Shown piece by piece: positions 1 to 12,050 of a DNA stretch of 64,000 nucleotides. A program made the translations under genes and the position numbers. Position 1 is the first letter of the stretch. Each line of letters opens with the position of its first letter. The stretch covers positions 71,605,507 to 71,669,506 of the forward strand of contig NC_068989.1 of assembly GCF_001194135.2 (NCBI RefSeq). Reading direction: 5' to 3'. The stretch comes from Octopus bimaculoides (taxonomy: Eukaryota). The notes below the pieces were generated by a model. It worked only from the letters and a program-made list of their open reading frames with translations. It did no database searches and was not told where the DNA came from.

Positions 1-908
1 AATTCAAATAAAATCCATATCTAAATATTCCTAACTTCAATGTGTGTGTGTTAGCACATGTGTTATGAGATAACATGAGTGATAATGTATGTGTATGAGT
101 ATATTAACATGTGTGAGTGTATTAATATATTAGTATGTGTAAGCTGGTTAACATTGTTTATATCAGTATTACTGTGTGTAAAGAGAGAATGTATTAGCTT
201 TTATTTATGTTTAATGTGTTAGCATGTGTGTTTGCAAATTAGCATATATGAAAGTATGTGTTAGAGAGAAGAGAGAGGTGAATGCATTAACCTGTATGTT
301 ATGTTTGATGTGTTAGCAAATGAGAAAGTATGCATTAGTATAAGTGTTAACATTGTTGTATGTGTGTATGAAGGAGAGAGAGAGAGTGAAGGAGAAAGAG
401 CGTACGTTGTTAGGATTTATGTAAGCTTAATTTTACTGTCAATACATTTCAGTAAATTTAGTGTCTGTTCTATGGAACGAAAAAACCACAAAGAAGCAGA
501 AAGGTCACCAATATATTTAAAATCTTGTTTAAGTGTTTGCCATGTCAATGTTTGGCAGCGTGTCAACAATCTTGCATTTCTCCTATAAGTGTGTTCAACA
601 GATAAAAAAAGTGGACACAGACGTTTAAAAAAAAAATATGAAAAAAAAATAAGGCATACATAAAAAAATAGCAGCACAAGCTAGATAAACATTGACTATA
701 AAAGCTGGTGGTGAACTCTGAGAAATTAAGATTAAAAATGAAAAAAAATTGTAAGCAATAAAATAGTATAACAATTCCCTAAGTGGTTACCTATAACAAC
801 ACAGAATGACTTTAATGACCAAACGTGCATATTTTGGCAAGATGTACATAGAGAGACAATAACATGTCCATGCAGGCTTAAGGAGGGGCAACCTGTAGAT
901 ATACTCAC

Positions 909-986
909 ATCAGCCTGAGGTAGAGAATGACAGTTCATTGTTGGTAGGGTAACCATGCCAACAGACATAGACCGTCGTTTTTGGGC
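909..986 (-). CDS. Candidate TBC1D24 linker/alternative exon (78 or 81 nt, NAGNAG acceptor)
   Basis: Long pyrimidine tract, then aag|cag| tandem acceptor (989/986); donor GAT|GTGAGT; phase 0->0. Encodes (Q)AQKRRSMSVGMVTLPTMNCHSLPQAD. Confidence 0.6.
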
Positions 987-3900
987 CTGCTTCCAAGGAA
1001 AAGAGAAAGGGTTGGGGGGGAAAAAACAACAAATATATATATATATATATAGGGTATACAAGAATAAGGGCAGGGAATCGTCAATTAATAATAGGGTATA
1101 TATATATAGGGTATATATATGCATAAAATAACAAAACGGTCTTCTTTAGAAGAAACGAAAATTTTCACCTTTTGTTACCATATTTCTGTGGAGAAGCACT
1201 GGCTTTATTCTTCAATATATTTTCAAAATAGAGAATTTAGCAGAATAACTGTCATAAATAAAATGATGTTCACATCATATAATAAACATGAAACTTTGAT
1301 GGAAGGTTTTAATTTATTTCACTTTAAGACAGGAAGTTTGTATCGTTGAACCACAAGTGACCTCCAGCAGACAGGTATCAAAAGGGTTAAGAAAGCGGGG
1401 GGAGAAAAAACCCCCCAAATTTTAATTTTATTCCTGAAATACAATAAGAGACATAAAAATGATGACATGCCTTTAACATAACAAAAAAGTCTGGTCAAAA
1501 AGAAACCATACTTTTAAACCAGTACTCTAGCTAGCCAGCACTGAGCGTTGATGACTGAAGCACTTTTGACCTTCAATCTCAGAACAACCATATGATGCCA
1601 TGGATCAGCAGTAAACATGTTAGAGTAAATATGTCCAGTGCAACTTCGCAATTAGTCACATGTTGAACAACGAAAAATCTGGAGGATATAGTGACTATTT
1701 ACACACACATAAGTCACACCCCTAATTTAGTGTTAAATTTTATATAAATTTTATTTTCTTTTCAGTTTTATCTGTGTCCCATAAGTAACACTGCAGTTTT
1801 TTTTCCCCCCCCAGTTAAAATCAAGTATAAAATATTGTGATTTATACATGAGTATATATGGTATACACGGTAATCTTTCAGTATACCGTGTTTAAAAAAA
1901 TAAATAAAAATTAAAGGGGAAATAACGAGGGGAGGGTATGTACACTCACAAAGTGATTGTGCATCAGGAGAACTTTGTAGATTTGACAAATAACAATGTC
2001 CATATGCAAAATGTGGAGAATATGTGGATGTGGTTAAAAAGAAAATTATGACTTTAGGCAAATGTCTTCTACTATAGCCATGGGCCAACCAAAGCCTTGA
2101 GTGGATTTAGTAGACAGAAACTGAAAGAAGTCCGTCATATATATGTGTATGTGTGCATGTGTGTCTCCCCCACCATCACTTAACTGATGTTGGTGTGTTT
2201 ATGTCCCCGTAACTTAGCGGTTCAGCAAAAGTGACCGATAGAATAAGTACTAGGTTTACAAAGAATAAGCCCTGGGGTCAATTTGGTTGACTAAAGGCGG
2301 TGCTCCAACATGGCCACAGTCAAATCACTGAAATAAGTAAAAGAATAAAGAACTGTGCACTATCTCTGAAATTTCTAAAAATGCTTTCCAACAATAGAAA
2401 AAGTGTTGGGAGCAAGGTGCCCCAAAAGTGGAGGAAACCGTTTCTGAGGAGGTACAGGTGTGGCTGTGTGGTAAGAAGTTTGCTTATCAGTCTGGGTTAT
2501 CGGTCAGTGGGCGCTGGTGCCCCTCCCATTTCTATTTCATCCTTTTTGTTATCACCCTCATCTCATTAATGTCTGTGTCCAGCCCGCAGCTTCTTTATGT
2601 TTGTCTGTCCCCTCTTTGTGAGGCCTTAATGGCCAATATATATGAAATAAAGACGTTTGCTTCCCAACTACATGGAACTAGGTTCAGTTCCACTCCATGA
2701 CACCTTGAACAAGTGTCTTCTACTATAGATCCTAGCTGACCAAAGTCTCACAATAGGATTTGGTAGATAGAAACTGAAAAGAAAAGAGCCTGTCATATAT
2801 ATATGTCATCATCATACAAGTGGTGTTCTCTGTTACCAAACTTCCTTGAAAACATATCTGGAAACAGATGACAGTTAGGGACAGTAAGAACATCCAACTG
2901 TAGAAAATCTACTTCAACAAATTCCATCCAACCCATATGAGCATAGAGAAGTGGACATTAATTTTAAGTAAACAAATTTGTTTTAAAACAGTTTATGTTT
3001 GGACAGACTTTGTATTAACATTTATTTTTCTGTTGTAGCATTGGTTAGAAAGATCAGCAGTTTAAATATCTGTATTTAAAAAAGAAACAGCGTTTGATAT
3101 TTTAACTTCATTTAATTATTTTCAAGTTTCAATACCTTTAACCCTTCCGTTACCATATTTCTGTCAAAATACACTGTTTCAATAAATTTCAACTATAATG
3201 AAGAATTTAGTAAAGTAACTGTAAAGCTAGATTTTGGAAAATAAATTAAGGTAGGATGTTGATGGAAGATTTTAATTTAAATTTAAATCACATTAAAACA
3301 GTGAATTCGTATTACAGAACCTGGGGTGGTCTGAGACAGGTTAGTATCAAAAGGGTCAAATAAACATATTTGCCATTATTACTGTCAAGCATAGGTACAT
3401 TAGTAAATAAATAAATCTTTAAAACACATCTTGCCATGCCATAAAAAAAAAAGAATGTAGTCCAAATGTACACAGTTCATGAAAAAACAAACAAAACATC
3501 ATCATCATCGTTTAACGTCCGCTTTCCATACTAGCATGGGTTGGACGATTTGACTGAGGACTGGTGAACCAGATGGCTACACCAGGCTCCAATCTGATTT
3601 GGCAGAGTTTCTACAGCTGGATGACCTTCCTAACGCCAACCACTCCGAGAAAAACAAAAATGGTATAATCACAGGTTTGATAGCTTTAACTCATAAATCA
3701 GTTCTATCAACTATGACAAGGGGTTAACCAACAGCTTAACATATTGTTTAGTAATGTCTAGAAAAAGTTATGCTCTCAATTCTTAGATATCATTTGCTGG
3801 ACTTGAAGTCTCAAATTGAGATATTTATCTTCTCCAATAAATGCTAAATGATGAAAAACAAAACATTGACTCCAGCTAATTTGATATTGTAAAACAATGA

Positions 3901-4399
3901 AAATGCCAGCATGAAAAACAGCAACCATTTGGTTAGAATACAAGCTATGCAAAAACGGAAATCAATTGACTGAGAACCAGAGATGACAGAATCAAGATGA
4001 CACTCTACAGAGTAGATGCAGCTTCTTTAATGATACCATGTGGATCTGATATGGGGGCATGAGTCTACAAATTAAGGACATCTAACTTCATGAATAGGGA
4101 CCATAAAAGGATCTTAATAGGGATAGGCCAATCTTGTCTCAACAACATGAAAATACGCAATGCAACTCACACCAAGAAAACATCATCATGCCATATGCTC
4201 TTTAATTGTGAGCAGCACTTAGCTAAAGACCTCAGAAGGAATTCAACTTTTGGGTCTCACCTCTTCCAATAAAAGCCTATCCTTAATATAGTTGGGACTG
4301 TATCCCCAAAACTGGCTGTTCTCTACAGAGCTAGAAGATACTTCAGGCCCCAATAATTATTGATACTCTGCAAAGCTCAGGTGATGTCTACAGTGGAGA

Positions 4400-4570
4400 T
4401 CAATGGGATTGAGGCGAAGAGATTGCTGTGAATGGCAGTGAAGAGACTGATGCGAGCAACGGTGAAGAGATTGATGCACAATGATGGTGAGGAGATTGAT
4501 GCAAACAACAGTAAGATTGATGTGGAAAACAGACTGATGAGGATGATGGTGAGCTTGATGCAAATGATGC
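4400..4570. repeat. Degenerate ~24-bp minisatellite
   Basis: Repeated gtgaagagattgatgc-like units. Confidence 0.6.
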
Positions 4571-5884
4571 TCGATTTGATCTTCTGTAAGTCAATGTTTG
4601 TAGAAAAAATGTCAACAGAGAGGGAGATTATAGAGGAATGATTGATTAATATATATATATCTTTATAGTGTCAGTTTATCAGATAGATGTGGGAAGAAGT
4701 AGGATGCAGACTGCTAGTTCAGAGTTCAGAGGAATGAAGGATGTTGTAGTAACAATGGGAGAGAGAGAGAGAGATCCCCCCCCACCCCAGAATGCCTTCG
4801 GCTACATGCTAGTAATTATAATGTGCTGACAAATGACTGGCTCTTTGACAATCTGCCAAACGCCCTTTGTTCTCTATACATTCTAGAAGATTTGAATATG
4901 TAGTAGTAACACCATTCCACAGAGTTGAGAAGCACTCCAATATGGGTCAACAACTGATTAGAGCTGAACTATTCCATGGCCGTTAACAGGAAGCCTAGGT
5001 TTGGAGATGTGGAAGGAAGGCTACTGTCAACTGTTAGGCAGCATTTTAATATCATAGAGCAGAAAGAAATGTAGTATTGCTTTCACTAATTCTAGTTTAC
5101 TTCACAGCCAACTTGTTGATTTATGTGACACAAGATGATGAAACTGATCAAAATTGTAAATTATCATCACCATTCTAACAGGCAACTTTTCCATGCTTGC
5201 ATTGGTCTGAGCTTTGTGAGGTAAATTTTATGCAGGCTGGATGCCCTTCCTGTTGCCAACACTCACTTGTTTCTCCAATCAAGGTAATAGTTCCCCTTGG
5301 CCAGACATATTTCCAAAGGATGTTGGAAATGAATGATAGTGCTTGTATAGAAATGACACCCATTTACAATCATTACACGATGTCAAAACAAGGAGACACA
5401 AAACAGGCTTTGTTCAACTTGGAGCTGTAGTAAAAAACTACTTGCCCAAGATGTCATGCAGTGGGACTGAACTTGAAACCATGTGGTCAGGAAGCAAACT
5501 TCATAACCACAGTCATGTTTGACACAATGGAATGTGAAAAGTATTTGCTGCAAGATTCCGTTTCTCTCAATTGATCTTGTGTATTGAACCTTTAGCATTC
5601 ACATTATTTTGAATTAATCATGATGTGATTGCTTAGTTTTAGGAAGACATTGTAGGATAGGTGTGAGAGTCCAGATCTGGCCAGTTTTAACATAAAACTG
5701 GTTAAATATTTAAGCTGGATATGGCTGGTTTGAATGCTAAAGGGTTAAACCATGCAGAGTTTAGTTGCATTTCACATCAGCAGACTAGGAGTATATTAAA
5801 AACAAATGTACACAACTTCATATAGACCCTCACTGTTATACAGCAGACAGCAATATATATATTGTTTGGTGTTTCCTATATATA

Positions 5885-6480
5885 AGAGCAAAAGTTCCAG
5901 TCTGAGTCCATATGACAGAGATAGTACATGCTACTGAGAAGGGGAAATGATGCCAAAACATGTCTGGCAGCCTGCTGTAATCACTTGGAATTTGGTTTCA
6001 AGAGATTTTACACACAAAATCTACAGAGAAAAATTTCTCTGAGAACAAAGAATTCCCACAGTGAATGGCTTTTCACATTCTCGTATGCAGGAGCATTTTA
6101 AAAATAAATGCACACATACATCTGTCCTTACTGTTTTGTGTGCTTGTACTAAATTAATTCCAGCTTGGCAAACTTCAGCATAAAACAGCAGATGTTTTAT
6201 TTGCTCTCTCTCTCTCTACACACACACACAATATATACATAATATATATGTGAGCCTAAGTTCCAAATGACTGAGGTAGTGTCTGCAACTGAAGAGGCAA
6301 AAATCACACCAAAACACCATGTCTGGTAGTCTGCTGACGTCACTTGGATCTTGGTTTGATACGTTTTAACACACAAAGTCTATAGAGAAAAAAACATGCC
6401 ATCTGTGTCCAAGGTGCAGAAGCATATTAAAAATATAAATGTATTTATATTGATCCTCACAGCTTTACATGCTTGTATTA
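5885..6480. repeat. Diverged tandem duplication (~360-bp unit, plus a partial third unit at ~5780-5850)
   Basis: gagcaaaagttcc...catgtctggcagcctgctg..tcacttgga... aligns with gagcctaagttcc...catgtctggtagtctgctg..tcacttgga... Confidence 0.7.
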
Positions 6481-6769
6481 ACTAATGGAAATTAAATTTG
6501 GGTGTTTTAGTTTCAAGTCATCTGTGCTTTAATCAACAGATGCAATGGTAGATCAACATGTCTTCACATGCAACTTTGTGACTTAGAGCTTAAGTCAGCA
6601 TTGTTTAACTTTTTTTAGCCTAGCATAACAAAATTTTAATTTCTACAATAATTCTATATTTGGAATGTCACTTACACATATTCTAGTTTTAGGTAAATGT
6701 TTATAAATAAACTTTCTGTAACATAATATTACATGGCAAATTTTTTCCACAAAATCCATTGCATTTCGT

Positions 6770-7215
6770 TTAATCCTTTTAACATTTAAACCAGTCATAT
6801 CCAGCCCAAATAATCTACCTGATTTATGTTCAAACCAGCCAGATCCAGCCTCTCACATCTACTCTACAATGATATAGTAAAAATAAACAATTTCATCATT
6901 GAAATTCTGAAGCCACAAGATAATGGATGATTAATTCAAGACAATGTGAATAAATAAGCATTACATTTGACAGAGTAATATATATGCTAAAGAGTTAATC
7001 TTTTAGCGTTTAGACCAGCCATATCTAGCCCAAATAATTTACCGGTTTTATGTTCAAACCAGTCGGATGTAGCCTCTCACACCTACCCTACAATGTCATT
7101 ATAAAAATAAACAATCACTTCATCAAACTCTTGAAGATATGAAATAATGCACGAATAATTCAAAAGTGAATCAATAAGCTCTATATTTGACAGTATCTGA
7201 ATGCTAAAGGGTTAA
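6770..7215. mobile_element. Two tandem piggyBac-like MITEs sharing a TTAA
   Basis: TTAA-ccttttaacatt...gctaaagag-TTAA-tcttttagcg...gctaaaggg-TTAA. Family also at 5586-5748, 31761-31976, 43738-43942 and 45858-46054; a related family at ~1170-1390 and ~3137-3360. Confidence 0.65.
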
Positions 7216-7818
7216 AACCATACAATATATCACTGCCAAAACATATACATGCATGCTATTGGTACACCATCACTGTTTCTAAACAGCAGTTCTCCTATAG
7301 ATAATTTAAAATAGATAAATAATTAAAAAAAAAAACCTGACATAAAAGTCTCCATCTTTCCACTTGTTCATTGTCTGGATTTCATTTAACCACAGAGAGT
7401 GGTTAAATGAAATGGCAAGCTCAAACAGTCAAGTACACACAGGACCCTGAGAGGTAGTAAATTGATAACTTCTAAAATAGGTAGTAAATGGCTAATTCGA
7501 CACCGCCAGGAACTGAACTTAGCAAAATCAGGTTAGAGTTTCTGAGTATCTAAGACAGACATTAGAACAAAAGAGAATGTGTGCNNNNNNNNNNNNNNNN
7601 NNNNNNNNNNNNNNNNNNNNNNNNNNNNNNNNNNNNNNNNNNNNNNNNNNNNNNNNNNNNNNNNNNNNNNNNNNNNNNNNNNNNNNNNNNNNNNNNNNNN
7701 NNNNNNNNNNNNNNNNNNNNNNNNNNNNNNNNNNNNNNNNNNNNNNNNNNNNNNNNNNNNNNNNNNNNNNNNNNNNNNNNNNNNNNNNNNNNNNNNNNNN
7801 NNNNNNNNNNNNNNNNNN

Positions 7819-7857
<39 letters not shown>

Positions 7858-8325
7858 AATGAGACAGCAAGAGGAGGAAAATGTGTTTGAGATAGATAGA
7901 AAGCGATAAAGAATGAAGGAAAGAGAAAAAGAAAGTGAATGAGCAGGATGTGCATGTGAGTAAGCATGAATGAGCAAAGGATTATGTAGGGATTCATGAA
8001 ATTATATGCAATGACTGCATGCCTGTATATACAACATAACTGTGTTTTGTAGAGAGAAATGTATGCATGCTAAAGTTTATGTAGCCCAGTGTAAAATGTG
8101 GTTGGAGTCACATGACCCACACATACACTCCTGGCTGGTAAGTAATTAGACTGAGTAAATACAACAAACAACAAATATCCACTTCAAGCTAGATGATGAT
8201 TACATAAATGCACTCCCATGTGGCTGCTTCATGTTAAAAAAAAAAAAGCCCAGTTGCAACCAGTTTCTCAAACATAGATAATGTGAAACTCCATTGCTAT
8301 TTTTTTTTAATTTCTTTCCCGTCAC

Positions 8326-8423
8326 CTTTACTCTGAAGTAGGAACTGTCCGAAATGTTGGGTACTCCAGTCCCCACTGCAACTTCACAGTACTCTTTCTG
8401 TTGCTTTTGCCGACGATAGATTC
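8326..8423 (-). CDS. Candidate alternative exon within TBC1D24 (98 nt)
   Basis: Branch-like taactgat with acceptor tttacaccacag| and donor AAG|gtgacg. One frame is fully open (xIYRRQKQQKEYCEVAVGTGVPNISDSSYFRVK, phase 1->0); the phase-0 frame stops 2 nt before the donor. Confidence 0.45.
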
Positions 8424-9611
8424 CTGTGGTGTAAACAATCAGTTACACTGTGGAAAAGCGATGGTCAAAAGCGTGTGCACAATGGAGAGAAAGAGAGAGC
8501 GAGTGCGAGATTCAAATGAATGCTACTAGCATATGCACACATATACAGACACACACATGCACAGAGGACAATTAGCTGTGTGTGTGGACTGTCTACGTGT
8601 GCATGTCATTAGCATTCATATATGTGAGAACTAACAGAAGACTTATGAAATATATTTTTTTATCCTGAAATAATTCCAAATTGACAGTTTCGATCATTTG
8701 TTCAATTTGGTTTACTTTATGTTGTATATAAGTACAAACTATACACACACACACACATATATAGCTTAATAAAATACTTTATACATGGTCTTTAATACCT
8801 GGTGGTTGTTTCTAATTAAATTGTAGAATATCCATAGAGTCAGTTAATAATTGTTAATGTAAGTCAAATTGAAATTAAATTTACATAAATTTATGAAAAT
8901 GTTTAACTATTTATTCTACACACAAATGCAACTACCATCTCATTTAACTATGGAATGTTTAATGATTAACACTGACATATTTAATGTAGTGAGGCTTAAT
9001 GACTAATATATTAGCTCATTTCCTCACCTCACAAATATTTATAATTAAAATATTTAACACTTCCAACATTATATATACTAACATGAACTTAGCTCTTTTT
9101 TTTTTTTTGTCTTGGTGATGTAGGTGTAGGCACAGCTGGGTGGTTCAGAAGTTTGCTTCCCAACTACATGGTTTCAGGTTCAGTCCCACTATGTGATACT
9201 TTTTACTAGAATCTCAGGCCAACCAAAGTCAGAGAGTAGATTTGGTAGAAAGAAACTGAAAGACCATCATGAGAGAGAGAGAGAGAGAGTGAGAGTGTTT
9301 GTATGTGTTGCTTTGTCTTGTCATTGTTGTAAATGTGTGTCAGTCATGCAAGTAGTGCCATTGGCTTCCAATGTTCTTCAAAAATATGTCTGGCCATAGG
9401 GAAACTCCCTTGCTTGGAATTAGGTGAGGGTTGGTGACAGGAAGAGCATCTAGACATAGAACACCTGCCTTAGTGAGTTCCATCCAATCCATGCAAGCAT
9501 GGAAAAGTGGACATTGCAACAATGAAGATGATGGGATGATGTTACCTGATAAATGAACTGCAGTAAATAAATTTTCTTTTTTTTTTGTTAATACATAACT
9601 TTATAACTTAC

Positions 9612-9824
9612 ATTGTCTAGACTGAGAACAGAAGAAGAAGGAGACTGTATGACAGTTCCCATGAAGTTTTTTGATGTACTAGCACCGTCTTGGGGTTCTG
9701 CTCCGAGCGACCAGCTCGACAAAGAGGTATTGAGGGCTTTGGCACGACTTTTAACAAGCATTTCGTTTTTCACAAGAAATTTTCTAATTTCTTTTCTGTT
9801 AAGTCCTCGTATTCCAAAGATTAA
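9612..9824 (-). CDS. TBC1D24: TBC1D24 coding exon 6 (end of TBC domain and linker to TLDc)
   Basis: ttttcag|...AAT|gtaagt; 213 nt, phase 0->0. LIFGIRGLNRKEIRKFLVKNEMLVKSRA matches AFAIRLFSRKEIQ. Ends ...SSSVLSLDN, which resembles the segment just before the TLDc IWSW motif. Confidence 0.92.
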
Positions 9825-11884
9825 CTGAAAACAGAAAATAATAACATTAATAATAATTCTTTTATTGGCCACAAGGGCTAATATAAATCAAAACATTAAA
9901 GAACAACATAAAACAATATACAAAGCGTTTTGCGAAAGAAAAAAAAAAAACATCTGTGGGGAGGCACTTCAAAGGTTACTCGTGGAAAAACCCATAAAAG
10001 CTATGGGTCCCTGATCAACAAGGCAAGAGCCCTTTTATACTTTTATTTTTTACAGGTGTATTTTGAGAATTGGTCCATCCATACTGGCCATTTTCCCGAT
10101 ATTCGCGAGCGCACATTTTTTTTTTTCATATTCGTTCAGAGCAAATTGTTTTACATCTATTACACTATTTTTCTTTTGTTTCTTGGCTCCGGTGATGCGT
10201 CACCCCCTTTCGTGAGCACGCATTTTTTTTTCATATTCGTTCACAGCAAGTTGTTCTACACCTATTACACTAATTTTTTTCCGTTTTTTGAGCTCAGGTC
10301 AAACGCTTTAGTTTAACCCAATTTTCCCTATGTTTTCATGAAACTTTGGTAAGTCATTATCGTCACTTCAGGTTTGTATCAATTTAATTTCAGATTTTGG
10401 AACAATTTACCGTTAACTTTTTTTTTTTACGACGGTGGAATGCACGTTAACTAACGTAACGGAAAATGAGAGGAAAGGACCACAAAAGAAAAAAAAAAAA
10501 AATTACATTTTGAACTATTTTATTTTTCTGAAAAAAATGTAATCTTAGATGTATAAAACGGGTAAGGGGTGACTTGAAAATGTCAAAACTGAAAAATTGT
10601 ACAATTTGGATTTCGCTGCTTGCAGTTATAACCTATGGATTGTGAAAATTACGGTTTTTGGTGCGCTAGATNNNNNNNNNNNNNNNNNNNNNNNNNNNNN
10701 NNNNNNNNNNNNNNNNNNNNNNNNNNNNNNNNNNNNNNNNNNNNNNNNNNNNNNNNNNNNNNNNNNNNNNNNNNNNNNNNNNNNNNNNNNNNNNNNNNNN
10801 NNNNNNNNNNNNNNNNNNNNNNNNNNNNNNNNNNNNNNNNNNNNNNNNNNNNNNNNNNNNNNNNNNNNNNNNNNNNNNNNNNNNNNNNNNNNNNNNNNNN
10901 NNNNNNNNNNNNNNNNNNNNNNNNNNNNNNNNNNNNNNNNNNNNNNNNNNNNNNNNNNNNNNNNNNNNNNNNNNNNNNNNNNNNNNNNNNNNNNNNNNNN
11001 NNNNNNNNNNNNNNNNNNNNNNNNNNNNNNNNNNNNNNNNNNNNNNNNNNNNNNNNNNNNNNNNNNNNNNNNNNNNNNNNNNNNNNNNNNNNNNNNNNNN
11101 NNNNNNNNNNNNNNNNNNNNNNNNNNNNNNNNNNNNNNNNNNNNNNNNNNNNNNNNNNNNNNNNNNNNNNNNNNNNNNNNNNNNNNNNNNNNNNNNNNNN
11201 NNNNNNNNNNNNNNNNNNNNNNNNNNNNNNNNNNNNNNNNNNNNNNNNNNNNNNNNNNNNNNNNNNNNNNNNNNNNNNNNNNNNNNNNNNNNNNNNNNNN
11301 NNNNNNNNNNNNNNNNNNNNNNNNNNNNNNNNNNNNNNNNNNNNNNNNNNNNNNNNNNNNNNNNNNNNNNNNNNNNNNNNNNNNNNNNNNNNNNCGATTT
11401 TTAGCGTGGAATCAACTCCCCTGACCTCCTACTTTCCCGCAAATCCCTTATTTTGGTGGTTCACCGCCCCGGATTTTTGGGAAATTTTTCTTTCGTAAAA
11501 ATTTAGCGAAAAGTCTGTGATAATTTATGAAAGATGATTTAATTACTAAAGGAACATGAATATGAAAGAAAAAGAAATATTTTAATGTGTACCAAGATTT
11601 GCAGAAAATGCCAGAGTCAATTCAAATTATTTTCAACAAACCGAAAGAATGCCAAACGCAAAAAAAACAAACTAATTTTGAGTCGATTATATCGACCCCA
11701 CTATTTGACAAGACTAATACTTCGACCGTGCGAACCAAAGGAGATGGCGACGTAGACGGTATTACAAACTGGTGACGACCAATGGTAGACAGTACATTGG
11801 TGAAGACACGTCGGCGCTGGAACTGGCTGTAGCTGTGCTCTGTATATGTGGTCAACGACCAGACCTGTGAGAGATCTGAAATCG

Positions 11885-12050
11885 AAGAAGACTACCGTCT
11901 TTGGATCGGGCTTATTTATAGGCGAAATAGGGCTCACCGGAAACCCAGTAAAACTCTCTATCACGTGACTTTATCTGAAGCTACGATTGGACGTAAAGCC
12001 CCCTAGCAAGCAGAACATGGGGACAATTGCCGCGCAAATAAGAACCAATA
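11885..12050 (-). promoter_or_regulatory. TATA/E-box/CCAAT promoter-like cassette
   Basis: Minus-strand CTATAAATAA (11912-11921), TCACGTGA (11961-11968), CCAAT (11986-11990) and a reverse CCAAT (12045-12049), with canonical spacing, in a CpG-rich block between gaps. Confidence 0.45.

Noticed and set aside
417-587. Acceptor-like cacttatag followed by an open frame (also acceptor-like sites at ~1678 and ~7535)
   Set aside because: No matching strong donor and no TLDc similarity in any frame.
4090-4320. LKSIW-containing frame resembling the TLDc start
   Set aside because: Bounded by stops and lacking splice sites; more like a decayed LINE fragment.
5947-6042. C/D-box-like ATGATG...CTGA
   Set aside because: Imperfect C box, no terminal stem, and on the strand opposite the host gene.
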